A stretch of DNA of 46,905 nucleotides from Octopus bimaculoides (Eukaryota), in the NCBI RefSeq assembly GCF_001194135.2, contig NC_068986.1, forward strand, positions 78,955,517-79,002,421, given 5' to 3'. The notes under the pieces were generated by a model. That model was given only the letters and a program-made list of their open reading frames with translations. It did no database searches and was not told the DNA's origin. Shown here piece by piece: positions 24,613-36,239 of the stretch. The position numbers and the translations under genes are program-made. Within the stretch, counting starts at the first letter, position 1. Each line of letters opens with the position of its first letter.

Positions 24613-25479
24613 ATTAATTTATTAAACACAGAAAGATGAAACCTACTTTAGACTGCGAAACAAAAAGTTACTATACTAGCTAAGGATTTATAAAGCTTCT
24701 TTTTCAAAATAAATTACTTAACTTTACACGTAGGTTTACATTAAATTATCGTTTAATATATAGTTCACCTATTTGTATTTGTTAAGGTAATATTAACATA
24801 AGTCATATACGTCAATCCAATTGTTCCCTTTATTCCAACATAAAAAAGATAATAAAAAAAGAAAACTTCCATCCAATCATTGTTCTCTTTATTCCGATGA
24901 TAATAACAAAAGGAAAACTTCCATCTAGTCATTGTTTTAGCTATACAAAGCATTCTTCGGCAGTTTGGACATTAAGTAAACTGATTAATAGAATCAACCT
25001 ATCGAGACAAGGCATCGGTTTTGTCGGATATAATATTAAATTTGAAAGATATTATCTGTTGTTTTCGATGTCTTTGAAATCTATTAGCATATTGTTTATT
25101 TCCTTGCAAGGTAGTTTGTTCGACGCCGAAGCATCCTATCAATTCATCTCCCTTTGTAATGAAGACTGTTTTAATATTATTATAATATCATTGTATTATA
25201 AGATAATAAACATGCTGGAGGATATGTCTTCCTAGGCTTAAAATTGCAGTATCGTCGTCTCTTAGTGGACTGCCACGTTAAAGTGGTGATAAACACTACT
25301 TTTTATTTTTATTTTTATGCTACTTCGATCTCGAACAGAGATTTTTTTAACGGATTGTAATAATTGATTTTCATATAGGCATGAGGCATGGAATTTCTTT
25401 TAGGAAAAAAGTGTCAACTGATAACATAATTAAAGTATTAGGCTGATACATGATTTTATCAATCCCGAAGGGATAAAAA

Positions 25480-25568
25480 GTAAATTTGCCCTCAGCGAGA
25501 TTTGAACTGAGAACGTAGTGAGCAGAAACAAGTACTGCAAAAGAATTTTCCAACACCTTTACGATTCT
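25480..25568 (-). mobile_element. Family A SINE head fragment
   Basis: gatttgaactgagaacgta = reverse complement of the B-box region. Confidence 0.55.
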
Positions 25569-26644
25569 ATATGTTCACTGCACATGTCGATATACATACA
25601 AACATACACTCAGACACACAAATATTATTTGTATAAGCTTTTTACGTAGAACATATATTTCATGAGATTTTTAGTAGAGAACCAGTGTAAATTGCGGAGA
25701 ATATTCCAGTGCGAACACGCAGCTCTCTTTATGTAATTGAAGTATTGGCTCTTTCAGCTGTGCCGGACATTTTAATATTAAGAGGTTTATTATAAATTAA
25801 GGAGAATCTTACTGACTTTTTCGTATAAAAATGGATTATCGGAAAATAGACGTATATTGAAACATACAGAAACTGATACCTTACCAAAAATATGAAGGCT
25901 GACTTTTAAAACCATAAAGTCTCTTGATTACTTATGGAACATGTTCCTTCAATATTAATGCATCGAGAATGATTGATATATGACACGCGAATAAAAGACC
26001 ATAGCAGAAACTTGTAAACTTTTCAGTTAATAAAAGTTGAGAATTGATGACAATACTATCGATATTTTTTGACAAATTCCCAAATATCATCAAGCTAAAA
26101 GAATATATTTTCCATAAAGTGAGTTTGTAATAGCCTTAAAAAGGCTATATATTATAGAAGAGTTCAGTTATTCATTATTTCTAAATATTCGTTAACAGTC
26201 ACTAGCATGCGTTCATTTGTCGGTTTTGGCCGTATGACACTAAAGATATGAATATATTATGGATTTCGGCGTGGACATCAGCAACTATATCACGTTTTCT
26301 GCATATAAAAATTGACGATAGAAATGTGTGATCTATTTTAGTACGTGGTTTTGCAGCCAATGAATATCTAGATGACTAATTGTAGTTCGATGTTTATACA
26401 AATTTGCCTATATATTGTCGCATTGGTTAATTTTTCAGTCACATGAAAAATTGGCCAAATAAAAGACACAGAACAAAAGATTACTGTTCTAGTAAAATAT
26501 ATATCGTTATTTTATCCATTCCAAAGAATACAAAATGTTTCCTGATACCTTACGAATGTACACACATTCACATACATATATGCACATATATGTATGTATA
26601 CATGTATGTATGTATGCATGTATGTATGTCATTATTCAGCTATA

Positions 26645-26705
26645 TTTCAAGATTTCTTGTCAATGGAGAAAGAGCCGGATTCTAATCCAGATCCAAGGTT
26701 CCTTC
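26645..26705 (-). mobile_element. 3'-terminal fragment of the R4/Dong-like LINE
   Basis: Matches 30756-30812 (aaagagccgg.ttctaa...tcca.ggttccttc), which is the 3' UTR end of the 30740-32280 element. Confidence 0.5.
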
Positions 26706-27316
26706 GTTGTGTGGGATCACCTTATATAGACTCTAGATATCAAAAGTGAAGAGAAGTTTAGAGGGGCCAGGAGGGAAAGAGAAGGAGTTGAAAAGACAAA
26801 GAGCATGGTTAGTGTCATGGATGTATGAGGGGAGGCAGCACTCACTATATATATATATATATATATATACATACATATAAACGCGTGTGTGTATGTGTAT
26901 TTATGTGCGTATATATATATANNNNNNNNNNNNNNNNNNNNNNNNNNNNNNNNNNNNNNNNNNNNNNNNNNNNNNNNNNNNNNNNNNNNNNNNNNNNNNN
27001 NNNNNNNNNNNNNNNNNNNNNNNNNNNNNNNNNNNNNNNNNNNNNNNNNNNNNNNNNNNNNNNNNNNNNNNNNNNNNNNNNNNNNNNNNNNNNNNNNNNN
27101 NNNNNNNNNNNNNNNNNNNNNNNNNNNNNNNNNNNNNNNNNNNNNNNNNNNNNNNNNNNNNNNNNNNNNNNNNNNNNNNNNNNNNNNNNNNNNNNNNNNN
27201 NNNNNNNNNNNNNNNNNNNNNNNNNNNNNNNNNNNNNNNNNNNNNNNNNNNNNNNNNNNNNNNNNNNNNNNNNNNNNNNNNNNNNNNNNNNNNNNNNNNN
27301 NNNNNNNNNNNNNNNN

Positions 27317-27355
<39 letters not shown>

Positions 27356-27373
27356 TCATTTATTTGTATCACA

Positions 27374-27755
27374 TGCGCAGGCGTGGCTGTGTCATAAGAA
27401 GTTTGCTTCCCAGCTGCATGCCTTTGCGTGGCACTTTGGACAAGTGTCTCCTACTATAGTCTTGGGCCGACCAAGGCCTTGTGAGTGGATTTGGTAAACG
27501 AAAGTTGTATAAGTGTGTATAAGCGTCAGAATGTAATTATAAATGCGTGCGTCTGTGTTTGGTGCACCTATCATCGCATGACAACTGATGCTGGTGTGTT
27601 TAGGTACCTATAACTTAACGGTTCAGCAAAGAGACCGATAGTGTAAGTACTAGGCTTACAAAGAATATGTCCTGGGATCCATTTCGTCGACTGAAACCCT
27701 TTAAGGTGGTGCTCCAGCATGACCACAGTCAAATGACTGGAACATGTAAAAGAAT
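27374..27755 (+). mobile_element. Near-complete composite SINE (family B): tRNA head + CORE-like + simple-repeat spacer + tail ending in (AAAGAAT)n-like repeat
   Basis: gcgcaggcgtggctgtgt head; cactttggacaagtgtctcc core; tail gagaccgatagtgtaagtactagg...gctccagcatgaccacagtcaaatgactg; terminal aaaagaataaaagaata. Confidence 0.85.
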
Positions 27756-28182
27756 AAAAGAATATATTATATTCTTATCATATGAAAACCCCATTGGATA
27801 AATTCCTGTCAGCGTTGTTCAAACATCGGTCAGAAGTATATCACGCTTCATAAAATTAGAAGTATTGTAAAATTTCTAGACAACCAGTCATCATAGTTTT
27901 GAAACTAAACAGGTCCCGTGCAAAATATTGTCGCTTCAGTTCACATGTGGGTTAGGAAACTGATTTGAATAGGACATGGATAGAATTTAACTGAAACGGT
28001 TCGTGATTTATTGCATGCTATACGCCAATCACTGTCAACAGACACATCAGTTGTGGAAAGCAAAATATGGAACTTCTCTTTGCTAAACATGTTTTCATTT
28101 GAAAAATTGATATGATTAAGAATATGTGTTTCCATATACTCGATCAATATCAAGACCAATATTAATTTCAAATTTTAGCACA

Positions 28183-28380
28183 AGGCCATTAGTTTCGGGG
28201 GAGGGAATAAGTTACTTACGACGAACACAGTTTTCAACTGGTACTCATTTTATCGATCCGAAAGGGATCAAAGGTAAAGCCAATCTCAGTGGAATTTGAA
28301 CTCGGAACGTAAAGACGGATGAAATGCCACCTAATCACTTTGGTCAGAGTGCCAACGAATCTGCCAGCTCACTGCCTTAA
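28183..28380 (-). mobile_element. Family A SINE, full length
   Basis: actggtactcattttatcgatcc...ggaatttgaactcggaacg...gaatctgccagctcactgcctt. Confidence 0.85.
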
Positions 28381-28420
28381 TTGTTGTTAGCAATATCATT
28401 TCCATTATTACATTGGACTG

Positions 28421-29735
28421 AAAGGCGACAAACTGGCAGAAATGTTAGTATGTTGGGCAAAGTGCTTAGTAGTATTTTGTCTTCACTTACTGAGTTCAAA
28501 TCCTGTTGGGGTCGACTTTGCCTTTCATGCTTTCAGGAGTCGATAAAATAAGTACCAGTGAAGCACTGAGGTCGATATAATCGACTGGTCTCCTTTCCCA
28601 AAATTTCAGACCTTCTGTCATTAGTAGAAAGGACAGGACGTAAGGCGGTGAGCTGGTAGACACGTTAGCATGTCGAGCAAAATGCTTAGCGGCATTTTGG
28701 TCGTCTTCGCGTTCTGTGTTCAAATTCCACCGTTGTCGACTTTGAATTTCATGCTTTCGGAGTCGATAAAATAAGTACCAGTTGAACACTTTGATCAATT
28801 AAAACTCGCTCCACAATTTCGGGCTTGTACCTACAGCAGAAAGTATTATTACAGGTAACGTAAAGGCGGCGAGCTGGCAGAATCGTTACCGGGTTGGAAA
28901 CAATGCTATGCGACATTTCTTCCAACTTCACGCTCTGAGTTCAAATGCCGCTGGGGTCGACTTTGTCTTTCCTCCTTTCGGGATCGGTAAAAGAAGTACC
29001 ATTTGAGCAATGGGATCAATGTAATCGACTTACCCCTTCTCCCAAAATATCAGGCCTTGTGCCTAGTGTAAAAATAATTATGAATTTTATTATTTAGGCG
29101 ACGAGCTGGCAGAATCGTTAGCATGCCGGACAAAATGATTAGCGGCATTTCATCCGTCTTTGCATTATGAGATCAAGTTCTGGTGAGGTCGACTTTGCTT
29201 CTCCTTCTTTTGGAACAGATAAAATAAACACCAGTTATTCCTTGGTGTCAATGTAATTAATTGATTTAGTGCCGCTCCAAAATTTCAGGCCTTATCCCTA
29301 TAGTAAGAAGAGTCATTATATAGGATGTTGAGTTGGCAGAAACGTAAGCACGCGGAATACAATGCATAGTGCTATTTCTTCCTGCTTTACTTTATGAGTT
29401 CGAATTCTACCGAGGTAGTGTTTACCGTTCGTCTTTTCTGAGTCGTTAAAATAAGTACCAGTTCAGCAGTGTGAGCGATATAATCGACTAACACACTGCC
29501 CTAAACTCCTGGCCTTGTGCATATATTTGAAAGGAATATTTTTATATTATCGGAAAAAATGCTTTGCAATATTGCTTCGGGCATTTTGCATTCTGAGTTC
29601 AAATCCTGCCGAAGTCTACTTTGCTTGTCCTCCATCGGAGTGAATAAAGTGTCGGTCAAGTACTGGAATCGATGGTATCGACGAATTTACTCACCACAAA
29701 AATTGCTGTCCTGTTACCTAAATTGGTTCCGAATT
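28421..29735 (+). mobile_element. Six head-to-tail family A SINE copies (~220-235 bp period)
   Basis: Units begin at ~28421, 28641, 28862, 29096, 29321 and 29550 (the last is 5'-truncated). Each has a ctggcagaa/gagttc(a/g)aa head and an aagtacca...taatcgact...ggcctt body. Confidence 0.9.
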
Positions 29736-30065
29736 TTGGAACAAGACCAGCAATTTAAGGGGAGCGGTCAATCAGCTATATCGATCTCAACTGGTACTTA
29801 TTTTATCGACACTGTAAAGACAGACGAAATGCTTTTAAGAATTTTGTCATGTTTGCTGATGATTCTGCCAGTTTGCCGCTTCTCTGACCATAATGAATAA
29901 TGATATCTTATAAGATCTCAAATTTAATGGGAGCAGTTAGACAATCAAATCAATACCAGTGATTAATCGCTCCTTTATTTTCTCGTTCACGGAATGATGA
30001 AAGCAAAGTTGACAGCAGCAAGATTTGAACTCAGAATTTAAAGAACCAAACATATACTGTAAGAT
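29736..30065 (-). mobile_element. Two degenerate family A SINE copies
   Basis: actggtacttattttatcgac...gattctgccag (29736-29880, internally deleted) and gatgaaagcaaagttgac...gatttgaactcagaa (29920-30065). Confidence 0.75.
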
Positions 30066-30739
30066 ATTTGACCTTCCCACGCTTTTTCCACTCCACTGTC
30101 ATTTACAACATATGACTAAAACGATTTAAGAAAATTAATTTCTCTTCCATTATCTACGATGACATCTGACCAATAGAAATTAAGTAACGAATAAAATTGA
30201 AACATATTAAAGTTAATATTGTCAAATATTCCTTTGATAACATTTTGAAAGATTTTAACTATATGATTTGAATGTTCTGATATGTAATTAAAACTAACTA
30301 ACTTGACTTAATGATTCTGTAATTAGAAATATATCGTCGCTTGAAAATGGAAAATTAAACTTTTCGCCTTAGGTTGCGTCTAGCTTTCTTGATTTTCATA
30401 CATATTCATTAAGAAACAAAAAAGCAAAATTGCTTTTTGTTTTTCACTTTTTTATGCGGCTGATTGAAAAGTTTGCAAAACTCGTTATACGGTCATGACA
30501 AGCCCTTAGTCACAATAACGAAAGAATACTCTTGTCTGTCATCTTAAAATATGTGCGATATTTTGATGATGACATATGGTTAAATATTTTGCTTTTAGAA
30601 TTCATCAGCTATAAATATAAAACTTGTAATGACAAAACATCGCTGTAACAAACAAGTAGCAAGTGATTAGAAGAAATCACTACAAAATGGAAAAACAATC
30701 AGGTGGAACGACATAAAATAACGATATATGTATGAATGT

Positions 30740-32280
30740 TATTATTCAATTTTATTTCTAGATTTATGGCCAATAAAGAGCCGGGTTCTAACATAGGTCC
30801 ATGGTTCCTTCACCAAAATTTTAAACATCAGCAAAATATTTGTGTACAATTTATAAAGTAATGCATCGCAAATTTTTATGTTTTAAGCACTTATGCGCAT
30901 ATCTAGACATGCGCATATGCTCTTAAATGCTCAACTTTTCGGAAGTGTTTTTTTTTTAATATTTTGATAGTTCTATTGATGGCTTGCATCTACAGCCTTC
31001 TAATTAGCTTTCTCCATATTCCCAATAGTTCAGCATATGTCTTCTTTTTCGGTGAACTTCATGTTGACATACGCTGGGCAACTGATTACCACTACTGTAA
31101 ATGATTTCTTTTCTCTGTTACAAATCACTATGTCTGGGCTATTATGTGTGCATTTTATTGAGGTTTTTACTGGGACATTCCACCAGTAGTCATATTATGA
31201 GTGCTTACGACCTCAAACACATTATGCTTTTTATCCCTTCGGCCTCAGGATTGTCCCTCCGATAGATTTCATTCTGCATTGTGTCACTGGTAGATAATAA
31301 CGTGAGACAATTTTCAGACAACTGCTTACTACCTGGTCGATATCTTTGAGGTTAACTCCCAAATTCTACATCACTTGTCTTATTTTGGTATCTTCCCTGC
31401 GTTTCTATTTTGTGAATCAGGAATTTGGTAGCTATTTCTGGTTCCTCGATTTCACATGCATACTCTTGAAAGTGCGTGTTTGTGATCCGTTTGTTGGCTC
31501 ACAATATACTGCTTTGATTAGCAATGTTACTGTCATCTTAGAGTTTTCTGCTAACATATCCATGCACGGTGTTCGGCTGATATACACTCATCCTTTCAAC
31601 CGATGATATTTTGCAGTAGAGTAGTGCAACTTCATTAGGAATATCTTCAAGGTTAATTGACAGATATTGTTTCTCGAGAAGCTACTTACCAATTCTTAAG
31701 ATGCTATATACCTCGCGTATTCAGACTTGATCAAGGAAGCACTCTGAATCTTAGTGGTTAAAAGATGCTGCAGGAAGGGATGTGATGTAACACTCAAAAG
31801 CAGTCTAGATCTATTTTAAGCATCTGTCTCCTTGTTTCCGTTGACGATGAAACTATTTGTGCTGGTAAGTATATTCCGGGTTTTCATCGTAATGACTCGA
31901 ATCTCATGAAACATCCAATCAAGTGACCCTAATCTTGATATGAGTACAAGTACATAATGGGTCACTGCTTTGTTGAATGTACAGTTCCGAGGTTCATATT
32001 TTCTTATCCTGCTGTTATATTCTGAAGTGAATTATTCCTTGCTTGCTATAAGTACCAACGTAAGATATGTTTTCGTCTATCACTTGGTGTCTAACATTCT
32101 TCATTAGGTGAAAGAGAAACAGTTAAGTTACTGATGAAGATGCTGCTAGTCTGGTTTCCCTCGTTTCGCAACCATATAGGAACATTTATCCTGACCAAAC
32201 TCAATTCCTACTATATCTAATTTGCTTTGCGGGATCGACTGTTTTATTGAAAGTTTATATTGTTGTTAAATTCTCAAAGT
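30740..32280 (-). mobile_element. R4/Dong-like LINE remnant (RLE endonuclease C-terminus and 3' UTR)
   Basis: Minus-strand mosaic translation gives KTRNILTSTNSFH, EDIDQVVSSCLKIVSRYYLP (zinc-knuckle region), HNSPDIVICNREKK (RLE PD motif) and a terminal ..KLSI* at ~30924; many stops. Confidence 0.72.
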
Positions 32281-32804
32281 ACGAGACTAGAAAAACAGCC
32301 AACAACTGATGAAGGGTAGTTTTTTATGTTGTTTGTTTTGTTGTTCGAAAGAATAGTTCATGTTCCATGTACTTGTGCTTCGTATTTTTTGTTGTACACG
32401 TTTCGTGACGTCCTGTGCCCATATATGCATATATATATATATANNNNNNNNNNNNNNNNNNNNNNNNNNNNNNNNNNNNNNNNNNNNNNNNNNNNNNNNN
32501 NNNNNNNNNNNNNNNNNNNNNNNNNNNNNNNNNNNNNNNNNNNNNNNNNNNNNNNNNNNNNNNNTATATATATGTGTGTATGTATGTATATATATGTGTG
32601 TGTGTGTATGTGTGTGTAATACACACAAACTTGTACATGTATATATTGTTGATTACTTAACAATCTATAAACAGCACGAAAACGTTAAATCATTCGTTTG
32701 GAACAGTTGATCTCCAAGCACATAATGCTATAATGATAGCATGTAAATAATGGATTGAAAGACCATTTGGAATATATACAGATATACTGATAAATATGAA
32801 TATA

Positions 32805-32911
32805 GACAGACAGACTGACAGAAGACAGACAGACAAAAGTCAGACGGACAGACAGGCAGNNNNNNNNNNGACAGACAAAAGTCAGACGGACAGACAGGCA
32901 GATAGACAGAC

Positions 32912-32972
<61 letters not shown>
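32805..32972. repeat. (GACA)n/(GATA)n microsatellite
   Basis: Direct reading. Confidence 0.95.
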
Positions 32973-32973
<1 letters not shown>

Positions 32974-33213
32974 AAAGAAGCCTTAGTGAACATTATTTAT
33001 TGATATTGTTGATTAAAGATGATTATATCTTAGAAACTAATACCAATTCCAGAAGGCCTATGTGTATGTTGTTTCTATTTACGACTGGCCTTCTGTTCTT
33101 TATTTGTCGTAATATATATCCCAAAACATTTTAATTCCATACTCACGGGCAGCCTATATTCAGTCTATCATTCGCCGGCTAATATCTTGATGAAATTCAG
33201 TATACAGAAAGAA

Positions 33214-33262
33214 TGTGTGTGTGTGTGTGTGTGTGACCGCGTGTGTGTGCGTCTGCGTGCAC

Positions 33263-33296
<34 letters not shown>

Positions 33297-33391
33297 ACTG
33301 ACTGACAGATAGATAGTTACGCTCTTACGCACAGACCCACATCCATGCATGTACACATGCATAAGTTAAAATGTACGTCTATATGTATGTA

Positions 33392-33467
<76 letters not shown>

Positions 33468-33590
33468 NNNNNNNNNNNNNNNNNNNNNNNNNNNNNNNNN
33501 NNNNNNNNNNNNNNNNNNNNNNNNNNNNNNNNNNNNNNNNNNNNNNNNNNNNNNNNNNNNNNNNNNNNNNNNNNNNNNNNNNNNNNNNNN

Positions 33591-33628
<38 letters not shown>
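33214..33628. repeat. Compound (TG)n/(GATA)n/(TA)n/(CA)n microsatellites around a gap
   Basis: Direct reading. Confidence 0.9.
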
Positions 33629-33631
<3 letters not shown>

Positions 33632-34124
33632 CTAGCAAACCAGAGTCATGTTGCAATTTCTCATGCTATTTCCTCGTTAATTATTTTTGTTTTTCAAAAT
33701 CTAAGAATACATTATCCGTTCACCATCACCAACACTACCACACAAAATAATAATGCAAATGCTGATGAAAACCAGTTTTATATATATTGTGTTTAGAAAT
33801 ATAATATACCTTAATGTTGTTACTTGGAATTGTTCTGTGAAATCATAAAATAACCAAGCCCTGATTGATAATCTCCGTACCGCCAGTTCACATAAGATCT
33901 GCCATCGAATGTAATAAATTAGACATAGAATCCTACTTATGTCATTATTGATGTTTTAATTTATTTTCACATTACCGTCTCTACGGAGATAGGCCCGTTT
34001 CTTTCTCTCTCTCTCACTCTCTCCGTCTGTTTTTTTTTTGTTGTTTAGGAAGTGTAAATATAACAGTAAGAGAATATTTTGAAAACTAAGGGCGCTGACA
34101 CGTTTGTATACTTAACAAATTTGC

Positions 34125-34190
34125 ATCATAACCATGTGGTTCTGGGTTTGATCTCATTGGGCAGCACTTAGACAAGTGCGTTCTTCTACA
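34125..34190 (+). mobile_element. Family B SINE head/core fragment
   Basis: accatgtggttctgggtttgatctc...gcagcacttagacaagtg. Confidence 0.5.
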
Positions 34191-34289
34191 TTTACGGCTC
34201 CTCAAGGGTAACATTGTACATGAACGACTACGTAAAGGAACTACGTAAAGCCAACAAATGGACGTTACCTGTGCTTGTTCATGAGTGGT

Positions 34290-34380
34290 AGTATCGGTGA
34301 AATTTGAACTCAGAACATGAGGACGGACTAAATACCGCTAAGCATTCTGCCTCGTACGCTAAAGATTCTGCTTTTTCACG
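34290..34380 (-). mobile_element. Family A SINE head fragment
   Basis: aatttgaactcagaac...aaataccgctaagcatt...gattctgc. Confidence 0.65.
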
Positions 34381-35288
34381 TGGGTGATAATACTAATATA
34401 TCATTTGTTTAAACACAACCTTTATTAACACACTGTGCATGAAACAGCCTATTAAACAACATTCTCTGAGGGAAGTAATACAATCATATTTAGATGCTTT
34501 ATTTTTATTGCGCTGATTTTTGTTATTTTTTGGTTTAAGTAATGAGTAGTGCTTTTCCAGAGAGATTTCGTGCTTCAATCAGAGTATTTCTTATTTCTAT
34601 CTTAAAAAAAAAAAACGAAATATTAAAGAAACGTTATGCAAGTTATACAACAACATGATGCTGTAATTAAGGTTTTTAATGTTGCATGTGTCATGGAATC
34701 ACCAAAATAAGGTCACAAAGCAATGATGACCATACGACAATGTTTCCATTACATTCATAGTGATCACTTCATTTAACATATTAACACTTACATCACTATT
34801 TATCGTTCATATGATATCTCTCTGAGTTTATGTTCTATTAGCACACCAATGTAGAGTGTATCTGCCGACACACACGCATACACACAAACACACAGACACA
34901 CACATACATTTTCATTGTGGAGGATTTATAAAAGCGAAACAAACCCAGAGTTTCCAAGACATTTTTAAAGGTTTCACTATTATTCCACTACAACAGCGCT
35001 TCTTATTTGTATTTTCACTTAACTGACAGTTGTGAATCATCTCATTTCAAAACGAGCCATCGATATTACCCCACCCCCCACCATCTAGCTTTTAGGTCTA
35101 CTCTGATTTTGTCTGTTGGAGCGAGAGGAGAAGTCATTCAGTCACTGTCAAGATCACACTTTAAACAAACGATCTATTAGTTAGGTGGTTAGAGACTTAA
35201 CCAATTGGTTAACTATAAAGAAGAGGCATTGAAGAAGTGTGTTTGTGCTTTCTCGTATTTTTTGCCATTTCATACAGCATATTATCAT

Positions 35289-35372
35289 GACCTACGTGTG
35301 TTTCCATTGCAGAAAATAGTGGCAGGTGCAGATACACTCTGTCACTATTATCGGTGCAGCTTCTTCAGGATC
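35289..35372 (-). ncRNA. Putative type I hammerhead ribozyme, copy 2 (intact catalytic core)
   Basis: Minus strand gatc-CTGAAGA-a-GCTGCA...TGCAAT-g-GAAA-cacac-GTA-ggtc. Stem I is 4 bp with one G.U; stem II is extended by an internal hairpin aatagtgacag/ctgccactatt. Same 84-nt length as copy 1. Predicted cleavage 35293/35292. Confidence 0.7.
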
Positions 35373-35679
35373 TATCCATTTGGTCAGTCCCGAAGGGAAC
35401 CGAATATATATATATAATTCAACAAAATTTACTCCATCTGGTGAGAGATAAAGATTGTTTATTTAAAGGATGGACGCAATACATGTCTTTAAGTGCTACT
35501 AATAGTTTCATATGTTGAGAAATATTTCAAACATATTCTTCAGACACAAACCACACACACGCGCACACACACACACACATACACACATATATAAACAGAC
35601 CTTTACACACGCGCGCGCGCGCGCACGCACACACACACATGTACATATATGGTTGGCTTAGCAATTTAACAACCTAAAG

Positions 35680-35894
35680 CAGTGGTTTTCAACGTGGGAC
35701 ATACGCCCCATCGGTGGAGCCTGGGTCAAATGTGGAATCGAAAATTAAAGAAAAAGTTGGGACATGAAAGTGTGAAAATATTTTTCTCCCCGCAAACATA
35801 CTACACCTATGTTTTTGTTCTATCCACCGGTGGGGCATGCATTTTTCTGATAAGTTATAATGGGTCCTAGGGAAAAATATGTTGGGAAACACGG
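35680..35894. mobile_element. hAT-like MITE (215 bp)
   Basis: Termini cagtggttttcaac ... gttgggaaacacgg are imperfect inverted repeats; flanking 8-mers acctaaag / acataaaa (6/8) fit an 8-bp TSD. Confidence 0.65.
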
Positions 35895-36197
35895 ACATAA
35901 AAGCTAATTTATAGACGTCTCTAAAGTGGCTATCATTCTATGAAATCAGCGTATGAGTTCAACGGTTTTCATATAAGCTGACAAGGTGAGTTGAGTTTAA
36001 CCGTTGGCACGGTAAGAGCTACCGATGAGTAATTAAGATGCTCCGCATCAAAATTCGAAATCACCGGTGAACTGGCTGTCTGCTGGGAAGCTTGTCTCCT
36101 CCTTGTCAGTCATTAAGTTAGTGCTTCTGTGGCTATTGAAGTTGTTTTGACTCTTATTTCTAGCAATGCCGGTAATACTCTCTGTCACTTTAGTCAC

Positions 36198-36199
<2 letters not shown>

Positions 36200-36232
<33 letters not shown>
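36200..36232. repeat. (TC)n microsatellite (another at 37020-37090)
   Basis: Direct reading. Confidence 0.9.

Positions 36233-36239
<7 letters not shown>

Noticed and set aside
26209-26331. Peptide CRFWPYDTKDMNILWISAWTS resembling a Cys-loop receptor segment
   Set aside because: Lacks the C-x13-C spacing and second Cys; no splice signals or neighbouring receptor exons.
28183-30065. CRISPR-like array
   Set aside because: Units are ~225-bp divergent tRNA-derived SINEs without unique spacers; eukaryotic context, no cas genes.
33050-33095. 9-bp inverted repeat cagaaggcc/ggccttctg
   Set aside because: Short enough to arise by chance in 47 kb; no other supporting structure.
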